Positions 52,831-64,000 of a stretch of 64,000 nt of DNA are shown piece after piece; the stretch's first letter is position 1, and each line of letters starts with the position of its first letter. A model generated the notes under the pieces. The model searched no databases, was not told where the DNA came from, and was given only the letters and a program-made list of their open reading frames with translations. The stretch comes from Podarcis melisellensis (lineage: Eukaryota): assembly GCA_964234715.1 (NCBI GenBank), contig OZ174275.1; one strand, 5' to 3'. Position numbers and translations under genes: made by a program.

Positions 52831-55800
52831 TCCTTTTGTTATTCTGTCTCTCACAGCTACAGTAAACCTACCATTAAAATTATGGACTGGTCATTTCTTC
52901 GTTCAGAGGGCAAATGGGCAAATTTAGCAGGGGGTCAAATACTTTTTTCCCTCACTGTAAATGTAAAGTCAGGTGCGTAATCTTGGGCTTGATGTGTTCA
53001 AGCACATCAGTCCAACACAAATATGAATAGCTCCTATAAAAGACTTTAACCCAGTCCTTTTCACAGCAGGATATATGATTTCTGTTATATTTGCAGTGAT
53101 AGTCATGCCACAGCTGCCACTGGGGATGTGTGGCATTGGTATAGACATTGACTCATAAGGTCAATGAAGAAAGTGAGGAGAACCTCAAATATTTATTGTT
53201 TATCATGCCTGATGCATTCAATGCATAACGTAACTCTTCTTCATAGGGAAATATATATTTTTGTCTTCTGCGTGATACTCTTGTTTTCCTTGAAAGGTCT
53301 ATTCATACAGAGTGATGTGCTTGTCTTCCTGCATGATGCAGTTACATGACATGCACCCTGATTGGCTAGCTGAGGTCATAGATAGAGCCTATCCACCAAC
53401 AAAATGCTGTTTGTTTGTTTTAATTGAAAACAGGATCTACTGAAACTGCACTGCAAATGTTAGCTTCCAAATATAGTCCTATAGTCCTAATATGAAGGTA
53501 CTCACTTGCAAAGCCAAACACTTTAGAACATTGCTTCAGTACAGGAAAAATCCTTTCTTTTCCTCCCCACCCTTACTTTTTTCCTTGAACGTGTTTTGAA
53601 ATGATGAAAGCTTGATCATTATGAAACTAACAAAGATCAGGAAGTCAGACATAACCTTTTGCAGTGTTCTCTGAAAATTCTCTGAAAAGTGCTTGACCCA
53701 GGAAGCTTAGTATTGGTGATAAAGGTCACCTTAACACTGTGTTCATTATGGCATTGAAGTGGATATGTTTAGTAGAATTCACATGTAGAACAACTTTAGC
53801 ATTTATTAAAAGTAGAGTGCTTCCAAGCCAATTCAGGAAAAAAATCATCCAAGTTTCCAAGCCAGGCGAATGAAGATACTCGGTCAATCTACAAAAGCTT
53901 TAGCATTCAAAGTTCAAAAATAACTCAATATTAAATAGATCTTCTGTCACTTTCAAATAGATTACAGATCCTGTTATTCACATGTTTACTTAGTACCGAT
54001 CAGAAGATAGTAATATCTGTAAATGTCAATAGTAATTATTGTTTCATTCAATGAAGTAAAGCATGCAACACACAAAAAAACTGAAGACTGCACCACATCT
54101 GTATTTCCACACAGTTTATTTTCTGATTAGGTCTTTGGTTGATGCTTACGAGTGATATGAAGGAGATAAATGGCATGATACCCCCTATCTAAGGTCAAAT
54201 AATTACCTATAGTACCAGTCAGTTGTTCAGGGAGAGTGGAAAGTGGCAGTACTAAATCATGCCACCTTTTCAAACAGCTGGTTGCTATTACCATTTTTTT
54301 TTATTATTCCAGCTATGTGTGTGCAGGTACAGAATCGGGAGGGAGCAGCTGCACACACATGCACAAAGAGGAACTGAGCCTTTATCTGTGTACAGCAGAA
54401 ATAGCTAACATTGTGCTCTGCATGTTGATGGATGACAACTCCCATCATTTGTGACCATTGACTATGCTGGAGGTGGTGTTGGTTGGAATCCAACAATAGA
54501 TTAATGGCACCCCAGTTTCTTATGCAGTTTCTATATATATATATATATCCACAAAAACCCTCTACCCTAGATTAAACTAATAGTATTTATTGATATATAA
54601 AGCTGCCGAGTCAGATCACTGGTGAAGCTTGCCCAGCACTGACTACATATATTCTCTTCACTGGGAAATTCCCAAACACATGGGTAGCTAGTTAATAGTA
54701 ACATGTGGGCAGAGAGGTGTTTGCAAGAGACACAGATCCCTTTCCTTGCCTGTTGATTCTCACCAAAATTTCTTTTCTTCTGTTGACCTTATGTTCTGGT
54801 CTTGGAACTGGCAGGGTGTGTGGGTGGGTGTTGTAAGCAGTGAAGGATGGGGGGACCAGCCAAGAAATAGTTTGGAGGGACAATTGAATGAAAGAAGAGC
54901 TAAGGACCCACTCTTGTCACATTAAGGTTAGGAGGCAATGATGGGATTAGCAATTCCTTCTTCCTCAAATCTACCTCTGCCCTAACCGGGAGGAGCTTTC
55001 AAAGGTCTAAAGTAGAAGGATTCCCCCAGCCCTGCCATCTGATATCATTTTAACTAGAAATGTCAGGGGTTTCCATAAGATTTTATGGCTACAAAGCATG
55101 TACTCTTCCACCACTGATCTGTGAGACCTTCACAGATTCTTTTAATAAAGCATACTGGCATCTTCATACATATTCTTGGCTGACAGTGCCAAGGCTAATT
55201 CAAGTGTGTGAAAATGGGAGCTGAACCTTCCACAGCTCAGCATTCCTTCCTATGCTGGCCTCTATTAAGAGAGCATCACCTGATACATTCATCTTCTCCA
55301 CTGACATCAAAGTTCCTTTCTGCCTGCTGAGGGAGAATGTCCTTATGCACCACTACTAATCCTTGCTCCCTATCTGAGAATTTAAGTCTCAGTTCCAGGC
55401 AGCTGGTGCCTTACATTACCATGAGGAAGCATGTAAGCTATTATGAGGTTTCAGCTGTCTATGATAACTTAAGCATTTTCGGGTAAACTTCATGTATCCC
55501 ATTTAAAGGGAGAAGCATATAAATCTATTGATGTTTGATATAGCTTAGTTTCCAGGTTGCTGCATGTCATCAGTCTCCCTAGATATCTGAATGGAAACAA
55601 GAACAACTAGATGACAGCATGCTCCACATATTTTTTGATACTTAGTTAAGAATAGTTGGGGGATTCCCATCCAAATATCAAGGTAGGGTTGCAGGGAGAT
55701 TGTGACTGGACGCATAGGAGGTTGCATGCTCTTGATGGGGTTACACTCCCTCTGAAGGAGGCACTGGTCTAATATTACACAGTGGCTGTTTTCCCATCTA

Positions 55801-58742
55801 CCCTTTAAATTACTACAGCTATACCAAAGTTTAAACAGCATTACACTGTCTAATTCAAGCATAAAAGCCTTGTACTGTTCACAGTTATTTTCTTTGATGC
55901 TATTGACAAACAAAAATACACCTGCAATCATTAAATTATCTAGATTAATTTATTTAGACAATTTCTGTACTGCTTAATATATATAAAAATATCAATTTAA
56001 ACAAATGCTACAAAAGCACAATAAACCTTTTTTTTAGGTAAATTACAAATACATATGTACTGATCTCAAATTCTTCTCCTTCTGACATACCACCTCATTC
56101 AACACCTCTCAACTTCATCTCTCACTGAGAGCTCTCTCTCAAATAAACTCACAGATCACACCCGAAATCTCACTACGAAGAGAGTTCCTAGAACCTTTTG
56201 GCATCACCCTAGTCTCTTTCCCTAGGCTTGCTTTCATGGGCAAACACCAAAGCTGGTGGACCTTCCTCAGGCTGCCCACAACTGTGTCTCGTTCAGCACT
56301 AAATTAGTTGCAGTCCACACACAACCAGTTCCAGGCTACAGTGGTAGTGGGCAGCAAAGCAGTGCAGGCAGGGTGGTGCAATTCAGCTGTCTTCCCAATG
56401 CCAAGTGTTACTGCCAGTTCCCGAGAGGAACCAGCACCGGCACTTGGTGTTGGGAAGACAGGTGTATTAGGCCAAAGGCCCCATTAGTCCAGCATCCTGA
56501 TCTCACAGTGGTCAATTCGATGGCAAGCCCACCAGGAGATCCTGGGTGCATCATTGACCTGTGACTCTCAGAAACTGGTGTTCAAAGGAATGCTGTCTCT
56601 GGCAGTGGGAGAATGTAGCTATTGTGGGTAGTAGCCATTGATGGATGTCTTATATGAATTTGCCTAAGCTATTTAAAGCCATCACTACCACTTGATCCCT
56701 GGAGGGTGGATGCAGAGCCAAAGGGGTACTGGGAGGAGAGTGCTAACAAAAGCTGTTTGCCAATGAAACAGTTTATGCAAATTTACCTGGGAATATATAC
56801 AATAGGTTAAGGAAACAGAGCATCATATAAACTTACCCTTTACAAATCTTTATGTGAGTGACCTATGTGTCCTTACTTACAGCAGGTATGTCAGGTTGTC
56901 CTATAGATGATATTTGAGAAAGATAACTATCTGTATCTGTCACAACAAAAATAAAATAATCCTATATAACTTGGAAGAAGAAGAAACCCTAAAGGCTGAA
57001 ATCATAAGCAAATTCACTTGGGAATATATCCGTTGAGTTAAGGAAAACTCAAGTATGCTGAAGATTGCATATCCTTTTGTGGGCTTGCTCCCGCTTTGTC
57101 AGACGCAGCCTAAGTCACGAAGGTTACGAGATCTATTTTAGTATCCTAATTGAGCATGAAGAAGATGGTGTGGTGATGTAAAACAATTTTCAAACGTAAT
57201 TGCAATTTTAAGCATAAGTTATAATTTTATCTTAAAACAAAATGCAATTTCATGCTTAAAACTCAGCATCATTTAAACCTTTCATGCAGAGCTGGAGCTT
57301 AAGAAAGACAATAGTAGGTAATTTAAAATCCTATTATTTTCATGTTTTCTTTTCATTCTGTCTGTCTGAAGATGTCTGATTATCTGAAACTAGATAGCTC
57401 CTTTGTTTAATTGATTTAAGCGAGGAGATAAGATTAGCAGCTCCCTTTCAAAATTTATTTTTAGGCAGTCTCTAAATGGCTGCACAAAACATTTGTAATA
57501 TAGCATACACATGTGAGAAATTGCTGTATAAATTGAGCCATTCATGTAGTGTTCAGATTTCATTTTTCTCTACTCTTTTGTTAGAACAAATTTCTCCATT
57601 GTGACAGTTTTGTAGATCTTTTCTCCATCATTCCCCTCAATATCCATGCATTTCCTCCTATCCTTTTTATCAGATTCTTGCTAAGGATTGGCAGTTGGGC
57701 TACAAGTGTTGAATTATTGTTGAATTGTTAGATTCTTTCTTGTGAACTGTAGTCTATTTTTACCACCTGTTTGGGTGTTAGATTTATTGTTGCAATTGAT
57801 ACTCTGAAACGGGTGGCATGTTAACCCCAGAACCTACCAGATAAGCATCCTGGAAAGATAAATGCCAATCATAAATCAAATGACAGCTTTGATTGACAGC
57901 AACAACAACAAAAAAGGGAGAAGGTGGTAGAGATCCAAGTACAATAATGACTAGGTCACTTGGCAGCAGTGGCTCCAACCTCTCAGTGTTCCAGCCATTT
58001 ACAGTAAGAGAAGTTGCTTCAGCTAAAGCACATTTTAATTTCTGGGAGATAATAGGGGACAGATTGAGTTAGTTTAGTCATAACACAAGTTCATCACTAC
58101 TGGAATGAGCCTTGTGCTTACATAGTCCCCTCTCCCCTTCACCTTCTATTTTGTCTCTGTTTGCTCTTATTCACTGCTTTACTTTCAGGTTAGTGGCAAA
58201 CCATAGGTTGGCCACGGCAGATGTTAAGCAAAGCATAGGTTGCCACCAAGGCAGAGGCGAGGGAGAGGATCAGCGTGCACAGATGTGGAAGGCAGCATGC
58301 AATCTCAGAGCATGTCTACAAAGCATCAAACCATGGTTTGGGGTTATGTGTGTCTGAAGTAATATCCCCATCCATCCAGCACATTATTTGGCACTCTGTA
58401 GCTTCTTTGACGCCTGCATCCACTGACATTTGTTTGTGATTGTATAGCAGACATAGGACAGAGATGGGGAACCTGTAAGTCTCCTTATGTTGCTAGACTA
58501 CAGCTTCCATCACCCCTAACCCAATGGTCACACTGACGGATCTGATGGGAGTTGGAGTTAGATTGTGCAGAGGGTTTATTAAGTGGTAGAGGAGATATGG
58601 GACTTCTGGGGGATGGTGCACCTTCTTTCACCACTGTTCCAGTTGTCTCCACACTTCTACCTCTAAACATCATTTCCCATCAGTGACCAGAGATTTCCAA
58701 GCCTTATTCTGGCAATCCACACAATCTTACATTAAATAAATA

Positions 58743-59075
58743 AAAAGGTACCAGGCGTTGCTTGCTGAAAATTCTGATGATGCTCTCTGGTTGACACCTG
58801 AGAAAAGCTTGAAGGCATTTGTTTTGACGTCATCCTAGAAGAGAGGAAGAAGCACTGTTGACATGAGTTTTTATCTCTTGTTCTTTTGCTCAGCTAATTT
58901 CCCTTGATTCTCAGTTGCTAGGGGAAATTAGCTGAGCAAGCTGGTTGGAGATAAAAGCCCATCATCCAGCTATGGCTGCTTCTCTCTCAGCCTGATGTTC
59001 TGAAAAATGCCTCCAAGCTTGCCTGCAGCCTCAGCTGTCAGGAAGTCACCTTCAGAATCGGAACCTGGCACTTTT
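58743..59075. repeat. ~330-bp imperfect fold-back with an 18-bp perfect central stem
   Basis: ttgctcagctaatttccc (58886-58903) pairs with gggaaattagctgagcaa (58922-58939). Outer arm pairs are 58863-58877/~58949-58963, 58805-58820/59005-59020 (15 of 16), 58771-58782/59047-59058 and 58744-58755/59064-59075. Confidence 0.88.
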
Positions 59076-60918
59076 CACATCACTGGCCACCACTTGCACT
59101 ACTCCCACCTGAGGCAGGTGTTTCACCCCACCTCATTGGTGTGCCACCTCTGAATGTATAGCCAGGCTCTAAAACCCGACATTAAAAACCATCATCACCA
59201 TCGCACATTGAAATGAAATATTCTTACAGTATTTGTAGATTTTTGCCAAAATCATAGAATTATCCATTCCAGTTGCAGAATATGACATTTCTAAACACCA
59301 TTGCTTCCTCCCATTGCAAATACTAGGCACTGGGCCCCCAGATCCAATTGGGACTGCAACAGCGCACCCCTAAAATAACTGGTATTTGTTTAACAAAAGC
59401 CAAGCTGCATAATGCCAAATTACCTGAAAAAGTAATGTATACATCAGAATCTAACTCTGATTTTCTGTTAGAACTTGAGTGCATATCTTGAATTTTGGGT
59501 ACATTATCTGTGCTTTCACCTCTTCCACACTTCTCCTCATGCTGCTCTGGTCTATGCTTATATCTTCTGTTCACAAGGTCAGAGTTTACATTCCATGCTG
59601 GCAGTGCCCATTCCATTAAGAATTTGTTCCCAATATGGTACATTACCATGGAACCCATAACCGGGTTGGTAGAAAATGTATGTATGATGCCTTGTCCCTC
59701 CCTTGAAATGTCCTGTGTATGGAATTTGCACTTGACTGCATGGCCACAGATGCACCCTTAGCTGCAGTGCAGTCTCCCACTCCCAGCTACCCAAGCACCA
59801 CTCCCAAGCAGCAACTGCAGAGAGTAGGATTGCAGCCAAAATCAACATATTTGTTAACAAAAATATTCCATATGCATATTGAGCAGCACGTTGAAATTTT
59901 AGGCCGTTGTTGACCCTTAAAATTATATACATTTCTTTGCTGTTGTTTTTTATATATTTGTTTTGCAAGATCATCTACTTTACATTTTATAGCTTCTATA
60001 ACTTATTCATACAATAATACAGCCTACAATTTTTCCCCGGACCATCGTCTTAAATGCCAGAGGATAGAAAGACGAATTTTTAAATCTGATATTACCAGAC
60101 TTGTTTTCTTTTAATATAAAGTCCATGGGAAGTAATACATTTAAACTATGTTTAAGTAGACAAGAGTAAAGAATCAAAGGCTAAAAAAGCAATCAACATT
60201 AATTTTCTTTTGACTGTCCTTTTCTTTGTGTTTTATGTTCTTTCCATGCTATGCAATTTAGTGCTATTGCATTCTGCTTAAAATAAAAAAGATTGCTTAG
60301 ATGGTGTCTTTTTGCTTCATGCGATTAAGGGTGAACTGTCTGGACATGTCTACAAAACATAACGTTTATCAACTTTAATTGATAAAATATTTTGAAGTGA
60401 GGTCTCATGTGGATAATCGGCTGGTAACTAAGGTTTGCATAGACCTCCATCAGCCTGTTACTGATTGTTTGTGGCTTCCCTCAAGCCCTGTTCACTTGGG
60501 TATAAAGGGGAGGGGTGTAGTGTAGCCTCAGCAGCTAGATGGGTCCTGCATAACAGAGTCTGTTTTTTGTCTCTGCTGTAATGGACACAAAGGAGTCACT
60601 ACAGAATATGTCAGAGGAGGCATATGAGATCACTCAAAGCAGTAACTGAAATGGGGTGCTTATATTTGTGACCCCTATTGATACTCATTTCTTCCTGTTT
60701 TAAAATGAAATTCTTACGCGAAGCTATTCATATGTGTTCTAAGGATCCACGTGATGGGTGACTTGCAGCGAACTCCACCCATGTATGCAACCGAAATCCA
60801 CTTCTGATTTCTCTCCCTGTGCCTCACTCAATTGCTGCATGCCCAAGGAGCAGACTTGGTAGGTTATCAGGGGCTTCAGGAAAGAAGAGAAAAAGCAGAA
60901 GCCCCACCTGCTCACACT

Positions 60919-61320
60919 TTGTTGTTGTTTAGTCATTTAGTCATGTCCAACTCTTCGTGACCCCATGGACCAGAGCACTCCAGGCACTTCTGTCTTCCAC
61001 TGCCTCCCGCAGTTTGGTCAAACTCATGCTGGTAGCTTCAAGAACACTGTCCAACCATCTTGTCCTCTGTCATCCCCTTCTCCTTGTGCCCTCAATCTTT
61101 CCCAACATCAGGGTCTTTTCCAGGGAGTCTTCTCTTCTCATGAGGTGGCCAAAGTATTGGAGCCTCAGCTTCAGGATCTGTCCTTCCAGTGAGCACTCAG
61201 GGCTGATTTCCTTAAGAATGGATAGATTTGATCTTCTTGCAGTCCATGGGACTCTCAAGAGTCTCCTCCAACACCATAATTCAAAAGCATTAATTCTTCG
61301 GCAATCAGCCTTCTTTATGG
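60919..61320 (-). mobile_element. BovB (RTE clade) LINE, 5'-truncated 3' end
   Basis: Minus-strand RVPWTARRSNLSILKEISPECSLEGQILKLRLQYFGHLMRREDSLEKTLMLGKIEGTRRRG, a (CAA)n tail, and a 12-bp TSD cctgctcacact (60907-60918) / cctgctcccact (61321-61332). Confidence 0.95.
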
Positions 61321-61490
61321 CCTGCTCCCACTACGACCTGCTATTTTGAAATAGGTTCCCATGTTGATTCACCGTACACTGGCTGCGTTGCGTTACATGC
61401 TCCATGCAGATAGGATGGTAACTTCTTCTGCACTGCTAAAAATGGTATAGGAACCTACATTTATTATCAGATATGAACTGAACCACATTG

Positions 61491-61649
61491 TCAGCCTGAA
61501 CAGCTCAATTGGTTAGAGCATGGTGCTGATAATGCCAAGGTTTCAAGTTCAATCCCCATATGTGACAGCTGCATATTCCTGCATTGCCGGGGGTTGGACT
61601 AGATGGCCCCTGGGGTACCTTCCAATTTTACAATTCTTTGCTTCTATGA
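61491..61649 (+). mobile_element. tRNA-headed SINE with CR1-type 3' tail (Squam2/POM-SINE-like)
   Basis: A-box agctcaattggttagagc, B-box gttcaatcc, then ttggactagatggccc..ccttccaa..ttctatga (CR1-type tail). The family name is tentative. Confidence 0.78.
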
Positions 61650-63074
61650 CTCTCTGGGTCATGATCTTACTCTTCTTGCCTTTACATAAGCTAATTGCCT
61701 ATCTGCCAGTGCTTATTCAAAGTGTTGGCACATCATGGCTCCATTTCCTCTTCTTACATTTCTTTTTGTGTCTTCTGGATACATCCCAGCTCCCTTCTTA
61801 TTCTTTTACTTCAGTTCCAGTAAACCATTTTGCTTTGGTCCCTTGACAGCATGTGTGGCTCTTCCTTGCAGTACAGAACATCACAAGCTTGGCAGCTTGA
61901 AATTCTTTTGAATAATTGTTGTTGTTGCACATAAGAGCATTTATAGCATTTGAAAAAGGGGGCCTGTGGCCAGCTAAGTTCTACTCATTGCACACCCATT
62001 GTTAGTCATTAAGTAAGCCATGCCCATTGATTTCAGTGAGTCTTCTTGGAGTATGTTACTTTGTGTGCAGCTCAAGGTGCTTAAAGCAGCCTTGGGGTTA
62101 AGCACTCATCCCATGCAGGCAAGTGAGTGGGCTAGCAAAGGAGGGATGAGGTGGAGGGAGTGCTTCATCTCTATTCTGAACCCAACATAGAAACCATTTG
62201 GGCTGCCAAAGGAAGGAAGTCACTTCCTGCTTGCCCAGGAAAGAAATGTGGTGAACTTATGTTGGATGGATAGAACTCTTTATCCTTCTTCTACAGGCTA
62301 GTAACTTTTCTACTTTATTTGTGCAAATCAGTAGGTTTTGTGAGCCTATTTACATGGCTGGCTTAAAACACAAACTGTAGGCTTTTTCTTCAGAATTTTC
62401 AGGGGATCTCAACGTTTATTTATTTTGGAAAAGGGAGAAGCTGAGAGTCTCTCTTTTTAAAAAAGCAACTCTTCTTTCCAGGATAAAACTTCTAGTAGTC
62501 ATCAGAGTATTCATATGCATGAAAGCAAGCTTTGTGTTGGGATTTTATAATGTGTGGTTGCTATTCATTCCTGATAAAAGGACCTGGACTTGTTCCCTCT
62601 TATTTTCAGACCTGGCTTTAGCCTTTGTGTCCATTCCAATTCCCTCAGGGAATAATTTTATTTTCAGGTAGAGGTAATACATTCTGGCTGCTCAGATGAG
62701 TGACTACAGAGGTTCATCATTGGAATTTGAGAAAATAAGACCAGCAGAAAGATGGATGACAACAGGGGACGGGAAAGTTGTTATCCTAGCATTTGTCATG
62801 GTCTGGAACATTGAGATAGATGGGCAAGGCTCCTTAAGGTGTGTAAGAGGTTCCTTTCTCTGGCAGTCTGTTGTCTTGTAATAAATTTATCTTCTTGGAT
62901 AAGATGGGGATTGTGTGCTTTATTTAAGCTCATTTTATTAGCGTTGTTAGACTTCCACACTTCCAACCATCCCATTGTGAATGTTTTGGACATCAGAGGT
63001 GGTTTTAGGGTGGTGTGAACTGTGCAGTTCATACTGGTTGACGCCTAGCAGGGCACTAAAACAACACTGTAGAA

Positions 63075-63318
63075 CAGGGGTCAGCAAACTTTTTAAGTAG
63101 ATGGTCGGTTCACTGTCCCTCAGACCTTGTGGGGAGCCGGACTATATATATTTTTTTGGGGGGGGGGGGATGAACGAATTCCTATGCCCCACAAATAACC
63201 AGAGATGCATTTTAAATAAAAGGACACATTCTAGTCATGTAGAATGGACCATCCACGGGCCGGATTTAGAAGGCGATTGGACTGGATCCGGCCCCTGGCC
63301 TTAGTTTGCCTACCCATG
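63075..63318. mobile_element. hAT (Charlie-type) MITE
   Basis: TIRs CAGGGGTCAGCAAAC / GTTTGCCTACCCATG and a perfect 8-bp TSD CTGTAGAA (63067-63074, 63319-63326). Confidence 0.92.
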
Positions 63319-64000
63319 CTGTAGAACATAGCACCTAATTTTAGCACCGCACAGGTTGCTACTGAAATTTGAGAGCCCAAAGTCTCTGTGATCTAGTCAC
63401 TGATCTAGGCTCAGAATCAGGCAGCATTCACACAGAAATGCTGTTTGCGAGAACCAGTTGCTTCCTTATGCGTTGAGCCTGAGTCACACAATCAGAGCTG
63501 CCCCCTTTTGGGCCACTACAGTTGTGCAAAGCACAACAGCTGTATGTGTAACCCATGACTCCCACAATGGTGCTGACATTCACAAAAAGTCCTTAGCAGC
63601 CACTACTCACTTCCTTGGTGTTGCTATACATACATAAAATAACCAGTGTTCGAAAACCCTATTGTTCTGGGCTCATTTTGCAACAGGGAATTTCATTAGT
63701 ACAAGCAGTTTCTGAGCACTGGGTGCAGTACTGTGCCTAATATTTCAGATTAAAACTGCAGAGTGGAAGGAAAGGAAAGGAGGACCTTTTTCTGCCTCTC
63801 CACTTCCAGCTACTCTCTGAAGACTGGACTCATTCGTTTTCAGCTTTGTATTTTTCTTATAAAAATGTGCACCTAGACATTCTGTTGCTGTGCCCACAAC
63901 CTAGGTTGAAGGTGCCATTTAGCTCCTAGCATACATATCTCAGTTTCTAAATCTGAAAATGTCACAAAGTGTCAGTGGAAGAGAAAACAGATTGCATTTC

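Larger units (their letters stand above)
51136..52957 (+). mobile_element. Full-length Tc1 (IR/DR-type, DD34E) DNA transposon, inactive
   Basis: TA|CAGTGAGGGGAAAATGTATTTGATCCCC...GGGGGTCAAATACTTTTTTCCCTCACTG|TA. TIRs are ~200 bp (51136-51335; 52510-52957 less the SINE), each with an outer and an inner direct repeat (TATTTGATCCCC-like). About 1.57 kb without the SINE. Confidence 0.96.

Noticed and set aside
60957-61349. 130-aa plus-strand ORF
   Set aside because: Antisense frame of BovB.
61501-61560. tRNA-like sequence (also 10940-11000 and 52577-52635)
   Set aside because: These are SINE heads continuing into a SINE body and tail, with no intact cloverleaf, so they are not tRNA genes.
63338-63360. 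REST/RE1-like ttagcaccgcacagg
   Set aside because: Only a partial left half-site, with wrong spacing and right half.
38919-64000. Search for the next THSD7B exon
   Set aside because: No Cys/Trp-patterned TSP1 exon with splice sites was seen by eye, so it probably lies beyond the window. TBLASTN with THSD7B would settle this, and the gap at 49661 cannot be inspected.
1-64000. A novel multi-gene biological system
   Set aside because: All recognisable coding signal is explained by THSD7B exons and known transposon classes. I saw no unexplained long ORF, operon-like cluster or viral gene.

Overview
This is eukaryotic DNA, an AT-rich intronic stretch of a squamate reptile genome. The repeat complement (Squam3-type SINE, BovB/RTE, L2, CR1, CAGTGGTACCTC MITE) points to a lacertid lizard, which is an inference. 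The only host gene is THSD7B (thrombospondin type-1 domain-containing 7B) on the + strand. Five consecutive internal coding exons (16999-17836, 20312-20563, 26845-27011, 36128-36283, 38721-38918) have GT-AG junctions and compatible phases, and splice into 1611 nt (537 codons) of uninterrupted TSP1-repeat ORF. I did not find the start/signal-peptide exon or any exon downstream of 38918, so the whole window is probably inside the gene. The introns hold a decayed full-length IR/DR-type Tc1 (DD34E) transposon with a SINE nested in its right TIR, a BovB 3' fragment with a TSD, CR1 and L2 fragments, several SINE families, Tc1/mariner-type and hAT MITEs, two candidate solo LTRs, a ~330-bp fold-back with an 18-bp perfect central stem, microsatellites and two assembly gaps. 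I found no rRNA, tRNA or CRISPR, and no convincing undescribed multi-gene system. The best leads are the fish/frog-like Tc1, the fold-back hairpin and an LTR-like antisense promoter next to an exon. Exon numbering and comparisons to known proteins are from memory, not from a search.
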